Part shown: one piece after another, positions 12,911 to 25,527 of the stretch | Numbering within the stretch: the first letter of the stretch is position 1 | Layout of the letters: the number at the start of each line of letters is the position of its first letter | Assembly (NCBI RefSeq): GCF_006345805.1 | Contig: NC_043005.1 | Location: forward strand, 86,552,001-86,616,000 | From: Octopus sinensis | Taxonomy: Eukaryota | Length of the DNA stretch: 64,000 bases | Direction of reading: 5' to 3' | Notes under the pieces: model-generated | Databases searched by the model: none | What the model was told of the DNA's origin: nothing | The model's input: the letters and a program-made list of their open reading frames with translations, nothing else | Position numbers and translations under genes: made by a program

Positions 12911-12937
12911 TGGGGATGGTGTGGGGGTAGATTTGTT

Positions 12938-13167
12938 CGGCGAGCTGGCAGAAACGTTAGCTCACCGGACAGAATGCATAGCGGTATTTCGTCTGCCGCT
13001 ACGTTCTGAGTTCAAATTCCGCCGAGGTCGACTTTGCCTTTCATCCTTTCGGGGTCGATAAAATAAGTACCAGTTGCGCACTGGGGTCGATATAATCGAC
13101 TTAATCTCTTTGTCTGTCCTTGTTTCTCCTCTCTGTGTTTAGCCCCTTGTGGGTAGTAAAGAAATAG
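12938..13167 (+). mobile_element. SINE type A
   Basis: CGGCGAGCTGGCAGAAACGTTAGC...GTTCAAATTCCGCCGAGGTCGAC...GTAAAGAAATAG. Confidence 0.9.
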
Positions 13168-14073
13168 TTAGATTTGTTCGATCAAACTTTTGAAGGTGTG
13201 CCCAAGCGGGGCCGCAGTCTAATGACCGAAGCAAGTGAAAGATATAATGTACAGGAAAATATGTTTACCGTAAATCGAGGAATTCTCTAAAATATCACCT
13301 TCGATTTGTGATCATGATAACGAAGTGGTCATGATAACGAAGAAAAAATGGCGAAATTAATAACATAACAGGTAAATGAAATACCTATTCCCATGATGAC
13401 GATTATGACCATAGAACTCCTCAACACCATGACTTAGGAAAGTAATAACGTGAAACGTAATGCATAAAAGCAAGAATTTTTCATAACCATTTTCAATTTT
13501 GAATTGCAAAAAATTAATATGTCCTGTGACAGCATAAATAATACTTTTTTCAAAAGTAACATTTTTTTCTTTTTATTTAGCATGATAAGAGCAAGATACC
13601 GAGGTACCAATAACTTGCAGTTTAAATGGAAAAAATAAATTATTCTTTAGTTTGTGTACTTTAGTTTCGTTCGAAGAGTCTTTTGTGACATTTCATGTAA
13701 GCCATTTAAAATATACACGCGTATTTTATTGGATTTTCTTGTATGTATGAATTTTATTATTTTGTTTACTTTAAATTCTGTTGTAACCTCTTTCCTCCTA
13801 TTTATTGTTAAGTATCTTTCTTCTTATCTCTAATTCATTCACTCGCTCGCTTCCTCTCTCGCTTATTTTGGCTTCGACGCTGAAGAATAATGATATTTCT
13901 AAATGTTACATTTAATAGTTCTCTGGAAGGAAGCGTACGTGCAATAAGAGATGTAATAGGTCAGCGGTTTCCATTGACAAAAAAGTACGACTTAAGAAAT
14001 TGAAACTTAACATATTCATATTATGTCTTATGACGTAGAAGAATACTAGAAACATGAGACAACAATAATAAAG

Positions 14074-14141
<68 letters not shown>

Positions 14142-14411
14142 GATCGTGATGATGGTGGTGGTGGTGGTGGTGAGAAAAGCTAGGAATGTACAGGAAAAAG
14201 AACAGTTTGTCTTTTAAATGTATTTAAAGAAAATATCAAAAAGAAAGAGAAAAAAGAAGAAAACACAGGAACTGTAAAAACATATCTGTATATGTATATA
14301 TGTGTGTGTGTGTGTGTATATGTGTATGAGTGTATGTGAATGCGTATGCATATATATATATATATATATACATACATATATATGTGCTTATATATATATA
14401 CATATACATGT

Positions 14412-14442
<31 letters not shown>

Positions 14443-15811
14443 CACACATATATATATATACGTATATATATATATGTGCATGTGTGTGTGTGTGTTTTTG
14501 TGTGTAGTAATGGAAAAATATCTATTTTTTGAAGAATTGAGTTCCAATTGGAAAGTAAGTTTCAATTTATGTTCCTTTTTGCTTTTGTTTTTTTTGGGGG
14601 GTGGGCGGTAAGTTAAAGAGATACTTCTATAATAAAGAAATATATACAATGATGCTGGTGTTTTTCAACCTACGAAAAGTGAAATATATTTTACAACCAA
14701 TACCCACGTTCGTGTTTGGCTTCCAAGAAATTATCAATTACCATTCGTGGCAGTAAATATAAACTATGCTAATTAACTCGCGAACCTGATCCCAGTAGAT
14801 ACTTTTCTCTGCTGCAAAATTGCTGCAAAAAATACAGCAACTTCGCCGGCCCCAGTCGCTTGTCATAACTAGAATGAGCATACAACTCACAAATTTGTAG
14901 ACTCTCTGAGCAATCATGGAAACTTGTGTACAACTGATGCTAATTGCATTCCATCCTTTAAAATGGTAATCCTTATTAATTCGTTGACTATGGTTTTTCC
15001 TGTTTGCCAATGTATGTTATGTATTTATCGAGTCAACTTGTAACTATCAGCGATACGTTGGCAAGGACTGAGTGAATTTAAGAGGCTTCTTCCCCACTCC
15101 CGTGCATTGACTACAAACGTGCCCTCCATCGGTTGTGACGATGGGTGTTGGTCGGATCATCAGGGCACGCGTACACTTAACGCATTTTACAGAGAGAATT
15201 AGCGTGGAACGGAATGTGACCAGTTCAACCCTTTGAATTACAGGCGCTACTCGTTTTCGCCAGCTCAGTGAACTGGAGCAAGGTGAAATAATGTGCCTTG
15301 CTCACTGACACAACCTACTGCCAGGAATTGAAACCAAAACCTTGCGATCATGAGACAATTGCCTTAAAATCTAAGCCGAGCGCCTTCACTAATAACTACT
15401 ATACGAGACTAGGAAGACTGTCTTGTACTCCAATTCTTTATGTGTCATCCATTCCTAGAGGTGCTGTCGATAAATAAGTGGAATAAACATAATGTTAAAT
15501 CGAAGACAAGACATTTACTTTTAATGGTATTTTTCTTTGCGTGCTTACTTAAAACACGAAATCTTAAGTCCTTCGTAATAAGCGAAAATAATGCTTCTCC
15601 TTCTTTGTTCCATGATTTCAAGTTCGAAGTCTTAATCCTGCAAGTATTACAAAGAAAGTATTTTCGCCATAGTACGGAGTATCTGCTAGCGGAGTAAGCC
15701 TACATCTAACTAATATATTAGATGACCAAAACCTGAAATCTGCGAACAAGGGTGGAAAAGACAAAATGAGGATTAGACAAAATGGAGAATAGACAAAATC
15801 GCAACGCTACA

Positions 15812-15850
<39 letters not shown>

Positions 15851-15888
15851 ACACACACACACACACATACACACAACACACACACACA

Positions 15889-15928
<40 letters not shown>

Positions 15929-16467
15929 ACACATAATACGCTTCTTTTGTTTTCCACCAAAGCCTAAAATATATACACACGCAAAGATTTGGTCTTCCCG
16001 ACGCCATAGTAGAAGACACTTTTCAAGGTACCACGCAGTCGGAGTGAACTCCGGACCATGTGCCTGGGAAGCGATATATAATCCGGCCAGAATGGGAGAT
16101 GATATCAGTTTCGTCTTTCGATTAACTAAATGACTGGTTTGGGTAAACCTGAATGTAAAAGACTGAGCATTCAAAAGACATATGTATCCTGCATGTAATT
16201 CTCCGGACCAATGTGTGGCACCAGTCTACAACAATGGACGTTTGCATTAAAACTACAACCCATACATCAGTCTTCTATACACTTTCCGCCTATTCAATCC
16301 AGAATTATTTTAAATGCCACTTCCTGACGGTGCCACGTGGGTGAATCGAAACCAGGTTCATGGTTGCGAGCCACAACCCTAGCAATTCGATAACACTAAA
16401 AATAAAAATGCCCAGTGTGCGGGTTTTGTACACGCAGAATATATGAGAACAATTTTGAAATATTAAA

Positions 16468-16605
16468 CAAGAGTGGTTGTGTGGTAAGTAGCTTGCTTAC
16501 GAACCACATTGTTCCGGGTTCAGTCCCATTGCGTAGCACTTTGGGCAATTGTTTTCTACTATAGCTTCGGATTTGGTAGACGGAAACTGAAAGAAGCCCG
16601 TCGTA

Positions 16606-16668
<63 letters not shown>

Positions 16669-16884
16669 TGTGTGTGTGTGTGTTTGTGCGTGTGTGTGTT
16701 TGTCCACCGCCAACCGATGTTGGTGTGATTACGTCCCCGTAACTTAGCGGTTCAAAAAAGAGAGCGATAGAATCAATACTAGGCTTACAAAGAATAGGTC
16801 CTGGGGCGTATTTGCTCGACTGAAGGTGCTGCTGCAGGATGGCCGCAATCAAATAACTGAAACAACTAAAAAAGAAAAAAAGAG
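16468..16884 (+). mobile_element. SINE type B
   Basis: Head, core and tail as in 7122-7592. Confidence 0.9.
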
Positions 16885-17275
16885 CGCAAAGAAATATTAA
16901 ATATTATTAAAAGTAGGGAAAATAACATGCTGTTTCCTTGTAAAAAAAAGCATATACGTATATGTTGGTGGGTTGGTTGGATGGTTTGTTGGTTGATTAG
17001 TTGGTTGGTTGGGTGATTGGTTGGTTGGTTGGTATCTCCAGTTACACTTTACATCACAACAGAGAGAGTAAAATATAACGACAAGGAGAAGTAACGTAAA
17101 AGGTGCCAGGTAAGTGCACATATGAAGCGTCCTGAAAAAAAATACGCAATTTTGACATATACCATGGTGGTGCTACAGCATGACCACAGCCGTATGACTG
17201 AAACGAGTAAAAGAGTAAAAGCGTAACTAGTGGACATGTGTGTGTGTGTGTGTATAAATATGTATGCATGTATAT

Positions 17276-17327
<52 letters not shown>

Positions 17328-17328
17328 A

Positions 17329-17392
<64 letters not shown>

Positions 17393-17415
17393 ATATATAT
17401 AAATTATATATACAA

Positions 17416-17457
<42 letters not shown>

Positions 17458-17461
17458 CTTT

Positions 17462-17855
17462 TATCTTTTATCTTTTACTTGTTTCAGTCATTGACTGCGG
17501 CCATGCTGGAGCACCGCCTTTAGTCGAGCAAATCGACCCCGGGACTTATTCTTTGTAAGCCCAGTACTTATTCTATCGGTCTCTTTTACCGAACCGCTAA
17601 GTGACGGGGACGTAAACACACCAGCATCGGTTGTCAAGCAATGCTAGGGGGACAAACACACAAACACACACACATATATATATACATATATACGACAGGC
17701 TTCTTTCAGTTTCCGTCTACCAAATCCACTCACAAGGCATTGGTCGGCCCGGGGCTATAGCAGAAGACACTTGCCCAAGATGCCACGCAGTGGGACTGAA
17801 CCCGGAGCCATGTGGTTGGTTAGCAAGCTACTTACCACACAGCCACTCCTGCGCC
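17462..17855 (-). mobile_element. SINE type B, well conserved
   Basis: Minus strand starts GGCGCAGGAGTGGCTGTGTGGTAAGTAGC and ends in a (TAAAAGA)n tail. Confidence 0.92.
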
Positions 17856-17881
17856 TATATACATATTTATTTTATAGAAGG

Positions 17882-17932
17882 AGCTTCTACAGGACTAGAA
17901 ATGTTTCATTCAGATGAAATCTTCAGGAAGCT
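17882..17932 (-). ncRNA. Type I hammerhead ribozyme
   Basis: AGCTTC-CTGAAGA-TTTC(ATCT)GAAT-GAAA-CA(TTTCTAGTCC)TG-TA-GAAGCT. Helix I has 6 perfect bp and the triplet is GUA. AATAAA and a TA tract follow, as at PLE 3' ends. Confidence 0.6.
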
Positions 17933-18615
17933 GGCTGTCAAAATAAGGTCTGGTATTTATACATTTAGGCAGATTTATACAACGGCCAAAGAGTTTTTTG
18001 AAATGAGAAGAATCAGTGAGAAAGTAAATAAATGAATAAATAGAATAATTGAATAGAATCAGATATATGGGATGGGGTTTTAGGTAAATTAGAAGACAAT
18101 TGCTTTTTGGTGGTCAAGTGGAGGTATTCAGTTTGTTAAGTGGAGGGAAGAAGTAGATAAATATACATGAAAAAACATATAAAATAAGTATACATACAAA
18201 CAAACATACATACACATGTGAATATACATATATACACATACATACGCACATGTATATACATACAAACAAACACACACACACATACATTCAAATCCACATA
18301 CACACACATATATATCGATATATATACATATGTATATACACATATACACATACATATACATACATACACGCACACACACGCACATATATATATATACACA
18401 TACACATATACCCATATATACATACACGTATATATATTTTTTTTCTTCTCATCTTCCTCCCTTAGTTTTATTTTTATTTTTATTTTTATTTTCCCTTATC
18501 TCTATTTAGGGTTAGGGTTAAAATAAAAATTACTTTACTCTGCTATAAAATAAATTACTTTAGTCTGTATTGAGTACCTTATTTACTGTGGTTAACCCCA
18601 ACTCAACCCGGGACC

Positions 18616-18656
<41 letters not shown>

Positions 18657-18680
18657 ATATATATATATATATATATATAT

Positions 18681-18907
18681 ATTCTTACTACCCACAAGGG
18701 GCTAAACGCAGAGGGGACAAACGAGGAGAGACAAACGGACTAAGTCGATTACATCGACCCCAGTGCATAACTGGTACTTAATTTATCGACCCCGAAAGGA
18801 TGAAAGGAAAAGCCGACCTCGGCGGAATTTGAACCCAGAACGTAACGGCAGACGAATACGGCTACGCATTTCGCCCGGCGGGCTAACGTTTCTGCCAGCT
18901 CGCCGCC
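18681..18907 (-). mobile_element. SINE type A
   Basis: Minus strand starts GGCGGCGAGCTGGCAGAAACGTTAGC. Confidence 0.9.
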
Positions 18908-18909
18908 TC

Positions 18910-19390
<481 letters not shown>

Positions 19391-19839
19391 TCTTTCTAGT
19401 TGCAGCTCAGAGCTGCGGCCAAGCCGATGCACCGCCGTTTTGTGCTACACTGTTATTACGAGGATCCTCGTCTAATATGTGGCACTTGGTGAAGAATGGA
19501 GTTTGATATAGCTACACACAGAGCAGGCTTATGCCTTCGGAGGACATGAAGTTCGGGAGATATGTGTTTACCATATCAAACACGTTTCATAAGTATGGTG
19601 ATCAGTAAAACTTAGATATTTTCCCATTTATACCAACACTTCGCTTCAGTAAGTGATACTTAATCCTGATGGCTCTTGAAGAATAAAGAAAAAGAATATG
19701 AGTGGATTCGAAATCAGAATGTTAAGAGACGTATCTGCATGACGGGATATGTTTTCGATGGTGCTCAGCTGATTTATAGTAAATCATCAAGGTGTATTGA
19801 TCACCATGCTTAATATGAAAGAAGGATGACGGCCACGAT

Positions 19840-20236
19840 GCTGCTGCCGATTATGATGTTGATGATGACGATGATGAGGATGAGGAAGTGGGTGATGATG
19901 GTGATGGTAGGGAGGTTGTTAATGTTAATTTTATTGGTGCTGGTTTTATTGTAAATGATGATGATGACGATGAGAAGGAAGTGGAGGAGGAGGAGGAGGA
20001 GGACGACGACAACGGTGGTAGTAATGATATCGACGACGACGACGAGGATAATGATGAAGCTGATGATGGTGGTGGTGATGATGATGGTGGTGATGATAAT
20101 GAGGATGATGATAATGACGATGAGGAGGTAGAGGAGGAGGTGGAGGACGACAACTGTGCGGATAATAATGTCGACAACAACGACGACGACGACGACGACG
20201 ACGACGATGATGATGATGATGATGATGATGATGATA

Positions 20237-20274
<38 letters not shown>

Positions 20275-20420
20275 ACAAATGTATATAAATGGAAAATATA
20301 GTATAGAAAGAAATAATAAAATGTAGAAGTCTGAATGATGGAAGATGAAAAGTAAATCGAAAAACTGATGATGATAGCTCTACGAGTATTGAATGATGAC
20401 AATGATGACAGCGGCAGTAA
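19840..20420. repeat. GAT/GAC/GAG/GGT trinucleotide mosaic
   Basis: Direct reading. It produces the poly-D, poly-S and poly-H pseudo-ORFs. Confidence 0.9.
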
Positions 20421-20699
20421 TGATGACAAGGAGGAGGGAGGAGGCGGGGCTGACGCTGAGGTGGAAAAGAGAAATAGAGAAGATAAAGACGAAGTCGCGT
20501 TCTCCCCTGAGGCGATTGTGGTTAAACCACTGGTTAGCACTTAATGTCAAATCTTTCATAAATGGAAAAGGAATCTTGCTTTGTATGAGATATTCACACA
20601 ACGTATCTTTCAATTGTTCTGCAAGGCTTCTTCACTGTAGAAAATCACTTATATTACAAAAATCCAATGTGCAACAGATGAATAAACCCAGGAAATGAT

Positions 20700-20936
20700 T
20701 GAGTCTAGAAGTAAAGCTATAACAATATAAATAGTAATACAGATGATATTAACAATAATAACAATAATAATGATAAGAGAGAATATATTAATAATAACGA
20801 CAACAAAACTTATTAGAATGATAAGAATAATAACAACAACAACAACGACAACAACAAAAATAATAATAATAATGATAATAATAATAACGACAACAAAACT
20901 TATAAGAATTGTAAGAATATTGACAACAACAATAAC

Positions 20937-21027
<91 letters not shown>

Positions 21028-21318
21028 AGAACGGTAACGGCAATAATAATAATAATAATAATAACGACAACAAAACTCATAAGAATGGTAAGAATAATGA
21101 CAACAACAACAATAATAATAATAATAATAATTATTATTATTATTATTATATTATTAGAACGGTAACAGCAATAATAATGATAATAATAATAATGAATGAT
21201 AATAATAATAATAATAATATTAATAATAATGAATGATAATAATAATAATAATATATTATTATTATTATATTATTATTATTATTATTATTATTATATTATT
21301 ATTATAATGATAATGATG

Positions 21319-21356
<38 letters not shown>

Positions 21357-21359
21357 AAT

Positions 21360-21439
<80 letters not shown>

Positions 21440-21475
21440 TAATAATAATAATTATTATTATCATTATTATACAAA
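20700..21475. repeat. (AAT)n/(ATT)n array with internal duplicated units
   Basis: Direct reading. ACAACAAAACT(T/C)AT(T/A)AGAAT occurs three times. Confidence 0.9.
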
Positions 21476-22729
21476 AGAACAAAGAATGACACAAAATTCT
21501 AACAGCGATAATAGCGTCATATTATAGAGGTTCTCAAAGAAAGGAATCATATAATAAGTCTTATCTTATTATATTTTGGATTTTCCTGAAAGTTTTATTG
21601 TGTTTTATTTTCACACATTTGAATTATTTCTTCGATATATTTTTCGCTTAATAATTGTTTGATAAACTCACTAAATTTCTTCTAAAATAAAAATGATAAA
21701 ATGAAAATAACAACCATTTGGTTGCGTAATATATATATTTAAATAAATAATACAAATATCTGAATCTATATATTATGTAATTTCACTTTTCTTATTTTCT
21801 TATTTCCTTATTTATTTATATAATGGGGAAATACTTTGCACAAGAATGCTTTGAGGAGATATTTTCAGCTTATCTTTCAGAAATTTTAGAAGTAGCCGTC
21901 GGCCTTTTGCAACGTAATGTTATACACAAGCACACCATTGACAAATACGCATATATGTAAAATTATATGTGCAATAATCCACTTCATTTGGCATACCCTC
22001 TCTCATACACACTAACAGGAAGTGCTACCTACAAATATTCATATACACATGCATACACACACACATACACATATATATATTTATATATATATGTATATGT
22101 GTATGTATATGTATGTATATATATATATATATGTATATATATGTGTGTGTGTGTGTATGTATACATACATATTTAACCATGGGTACATAGTTATATATCT
22201 ATGTCTCTCTGTTTTTATTTATCTATCAGTCTCTCACTCTCTCTCTCTTTATATATATATATATACCTATGTTTATGCATACAAACATTCACATATATAT
22301 ATATGTGTATATGTATATATATGTATATATATATATATATATATATACACGCACACTTGTATATGTGTGTGTGTATGTGTGTGTGTGAGTGCATGAGTGA
22401 GTGTATGCGCACGCGCGTGATTTCATGCGGTACTTGGCGAATATTTTCTGCTTCAAAGTTCGTTTGTATCTTTAGTAAAGCATCACAATAGGAGATACCG
22501 TCTTTAGAACCAACACTAGCACTTTTTACTCACAGAAGGATACTTTTCATTAAGCAAACACAAACCACTCTCCCTGAGACATATTAAAAAAAAAAATTTA
22601 TACCTTTTGCCTATCACAACTTATGACTGCGACAAAAGGCACATTAGCCGAAGCTTCAGTATTTTATTTCTCGTAATGTTATTCCTTTTAATGTACAGAT
22701 TTAAACGAATATAACTTTTTTAGTAAACA

Positions 22730-23124
22730 CTAGCAGTATCGCCCAGCGTTGCTCGGATTTGTAAGGGAAATAACTATATAAGCATTTTTAGAGAGTTATA
22801 GCCAAAAAGTAGCAAAAAATGCATTAAAAATGGAAAAAAAATTATTGTAATTTTTTATTAAATCGTTGACTCATTGTAGACATTTTTAGAGAGTTACTTC
22901 CCTTATATAATAGCGAAAAAATGCATTAAAATGGAAAAAATGATGGCAAAGTTTTTTTAAAATCGTAGACTCATCGTAGACGCGCGCTAATACCCAGAAG
23001 GGCTCGATATGAATCACGACTATAAGATACCCGGTTTTGGTTAAACTGCACCGCAAAATGTGGGAGTAGTTAGGAATCTAAATCGTAGGAGACAGACACA
23101 CAACTTGACTTTTATATATAAAGA
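22730..23124 (-). mobile_element. Complete non-autonomous Helitron (395 bp)
   Basis: Minus strand: A|TCTTTATATATAAAAG ... CGAGCAACGCTGGGCGATACTGCTAG|T. It has a 5'-TC, a subterminal GC-rich imperfect palindrome, a 3'-CTAG, an A|T target and no TSD. Confidence 0.85.
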
Positions 23125-23785
23125 TTATCGTTCGTAATCCAGCGCACACATCCAAGTATTTTAATTGTGCATAAAACAACTTAAATCCCATAAATTAACT
23201 CGTGTAAGTATGTTGGAGTGTCAGAGACATTTTATCGAGGTATTTTTCCATCCTCTGTAACCCTAGTTTTCATCACTAATTTTCACAAATCAGTCGATAA
23301 TATATTCTCCTTTATTATTCACGTCGTTCCACTGGTTTGTCATTTTCTTGCCGGTAGAAATTACGAGATATTAACACGATGTGATCATCAAACTCCAATC
23401 CAACACATGTTTCTGCTAGTTAACTGCATTACTGCCCTTTGGTGCGTTCGGTTGATTCATATTTTGATAAGTTACAGAATATATTCATCCTTACTTCTAC
23501 TTGTTGGTAATTAAATTGCGCCTACGAATTAATTGTAAATTGCGCACATTCATTGAGAAAAGCATTGAAATATTTTCCAAATGCAGGTTTTTAATTAGAA
23601 ATCACATGGAGAAGAGGGCGCATAAATTTACTTCGTCAAATAATCACGAATTTAGGTGTTAACAAATTTACACAAAACCTCATAATTTTACTTTATGTCC
23701 TTTTTTCCTTTTACAGATTTTTTTATGAATTTCCTCAAAATATTACTCGAAATTCCAGTTTATATTTTATTTTGTAACTCACTTT

Positions 23786-24282
23786 GGTCATGAATGACCA
23801 TGGGATTGCACCTAGAAAGTTACCCTCTGAGGCATAAGTCTGGGCAAGGTTGTTTATGGAAGACCAGCAGCCGCCCACGCATACCAGCCTACCCTCTCCA
23901 CGCCACCGATGTTATCCAAGGGAAAGGCAAAGGCCGATACAGCTTGGCACCAGTGACGTTGCAGCTCATTTATTAACGTGCAAGTGACTGAGCACTCCAC
24001 AGACACGTGTACCTTTAGCGTAGTTCTCGAGGGGATTCAGCGTGACACAGAGTGTGACAAGGCTGGCTCTTTGAAATACAGGTACAAAAGAAACAGGAAG
24101 AAGGGGTGAGAAAAAGTTGGAGTGAAAGGGTATAGCAGGGTTCACCACCACCACCACCTTCTGAAACCTCAGGTGGTTTCTCTCAATAAACGCTCACAAT
24201 GTCCGGTCTGGGAATCGAAACCACGATCCTACGACCGCGAGTTCGCTGCCCTAACCACTGGGCCATTACACCTCCACTCCAC
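23786..24282 (-). mobile_element. Chimeric SINE: head type D plus two tail modules
   Basis: GTGGAGGTGTAATGGCCCAGTGGTTAGGG head, GTGACACAGAGTGTGACAAGG module (plus strand), and a switch at about 23970 to a different tail ending ...GGTGCAATCCCATGGTCATTCATGACC. Confidence 0.75.
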
Positions 24283-24824
24283 TTTATATATCTTAATTAA
24301 TATTAGACTCCTAATATTCAAAACATTATCCGACATCTACGATTCAAAATGTATAAAACTGGGTTGAATATTCAAATTGAAACGATATTTATTTCCGCTT
24401 TCATTGATTTCATTTTAAATCAGTCTGTCTTAAACTCTTTCACATTACCTTCATTATGATTGGTTGATGGCGCGAATGCAACCTGATCTAATTAAGAAAT
24501 TTTCTCCTAACTATATAAAATAATTTATTCCTTTCATATCTAAAAGAGTCATTCTAAGTTTAAGTGAGTTTAGAACCATAGTTATATCGTGCTACAATGC
24601 AAAACCTATTGACATGTACCTAGAATACACTTTAAGAATTCTCCGTTCTCTTCACCCACCTGCACAGGTAAAACCTTGAATAAAACTGCATAGTAATGAC
24701 TCTCTTGAATGTGTACTGGAACAATATTAACAAAATGTACATAACTACGACATCAAAGGACATAAGGTCACTTATCCAGGTAAAAAAACACTTCTTGAAA
24801 TGGTATTTAATGAGAAAAATACTG

Positions 24825-25260
24825 GGATCTTTTCGGTTTGAACGGCAGTTTCTTCTAGCGGTGTTATATGAAATTGTCACCCATAATTATGACCCTAGTA
24901 TCGATCTATTGCATTTCAATCTGTTTTAGGGTTAGGGTTAGCTAGGGCTAGGTTTAGGGTTAGGGTTAGGGGTGGGGTATCTTTTTTCGTCAGAAATGTA
25001 AATAAACCCAATCTGTTTCTTAAACGAGGGACATATTCATAAGGCACAGAATGTTTTCACCTCAATAGACGTCATTGATTGGTTGAAATTGCAGAAATTG
25101 AAGAAAAAAACAACAAATATTTTACAAACTATAGAATTTTTTCAATAAAGCTAAGAGAAAAAGATGTTCTATAAACACATTCTACCAGTATACGATGTTT
25201 AAAAGTGTTTAGTTACGTGGAAATTATTTTAAAAGACTGCCGTTCAAACCGAAAAGATCC
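24825..25260. mobile_element. MITE with 25-bp perfect TIRs and 8-bp TSD (Merlin-like)
   Basis: TIR GGATCTTTTCGGTTTGAACGGCAGT at both ends; TSD AAATACTG at 24817-24824 and 25261-25268; internal TTAGGG repeats. The superfamily is inferred from the GG start and 8-bp TSD. Confidence 0.85.
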
Positions 25261-25527
25261 AAATACTGTAATGAATAGATTTTGAAGATGTATAATGCTC
25301 CATTCTTCTTTATGATGCCTTCAATATATATTCTGTCCGCTGTAAGAAAAATCCATTGAAGCGAACTCGGGATTTACCAATCGAGGGAAGAGTGAAATGA
25401 CGTGTAATTGTTTATCTTGAACAATTCTGTATGTTTCCTATAATTCGACGAGCTTAGCGAGATCCGAAATTTATTAGATTACCGGCTCCGATTCCAGATC
25501 CATATCCCTTTATGTTACACACACACA

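Noticed and set aside
19851-20540. Long ORFs (229 aa poly-Ser, 137 aa poly-Asp/Glu, poly-His)
   Set aside because: They are translations of a trinucleotide repeat mosaic, open in several frames, with no domain or splice support.
24905-24975. TTAGGG repeats as a true telomere or fusion site
   Set aside because: Short, degenerate and internal to a MITE with TIRs and TSD.
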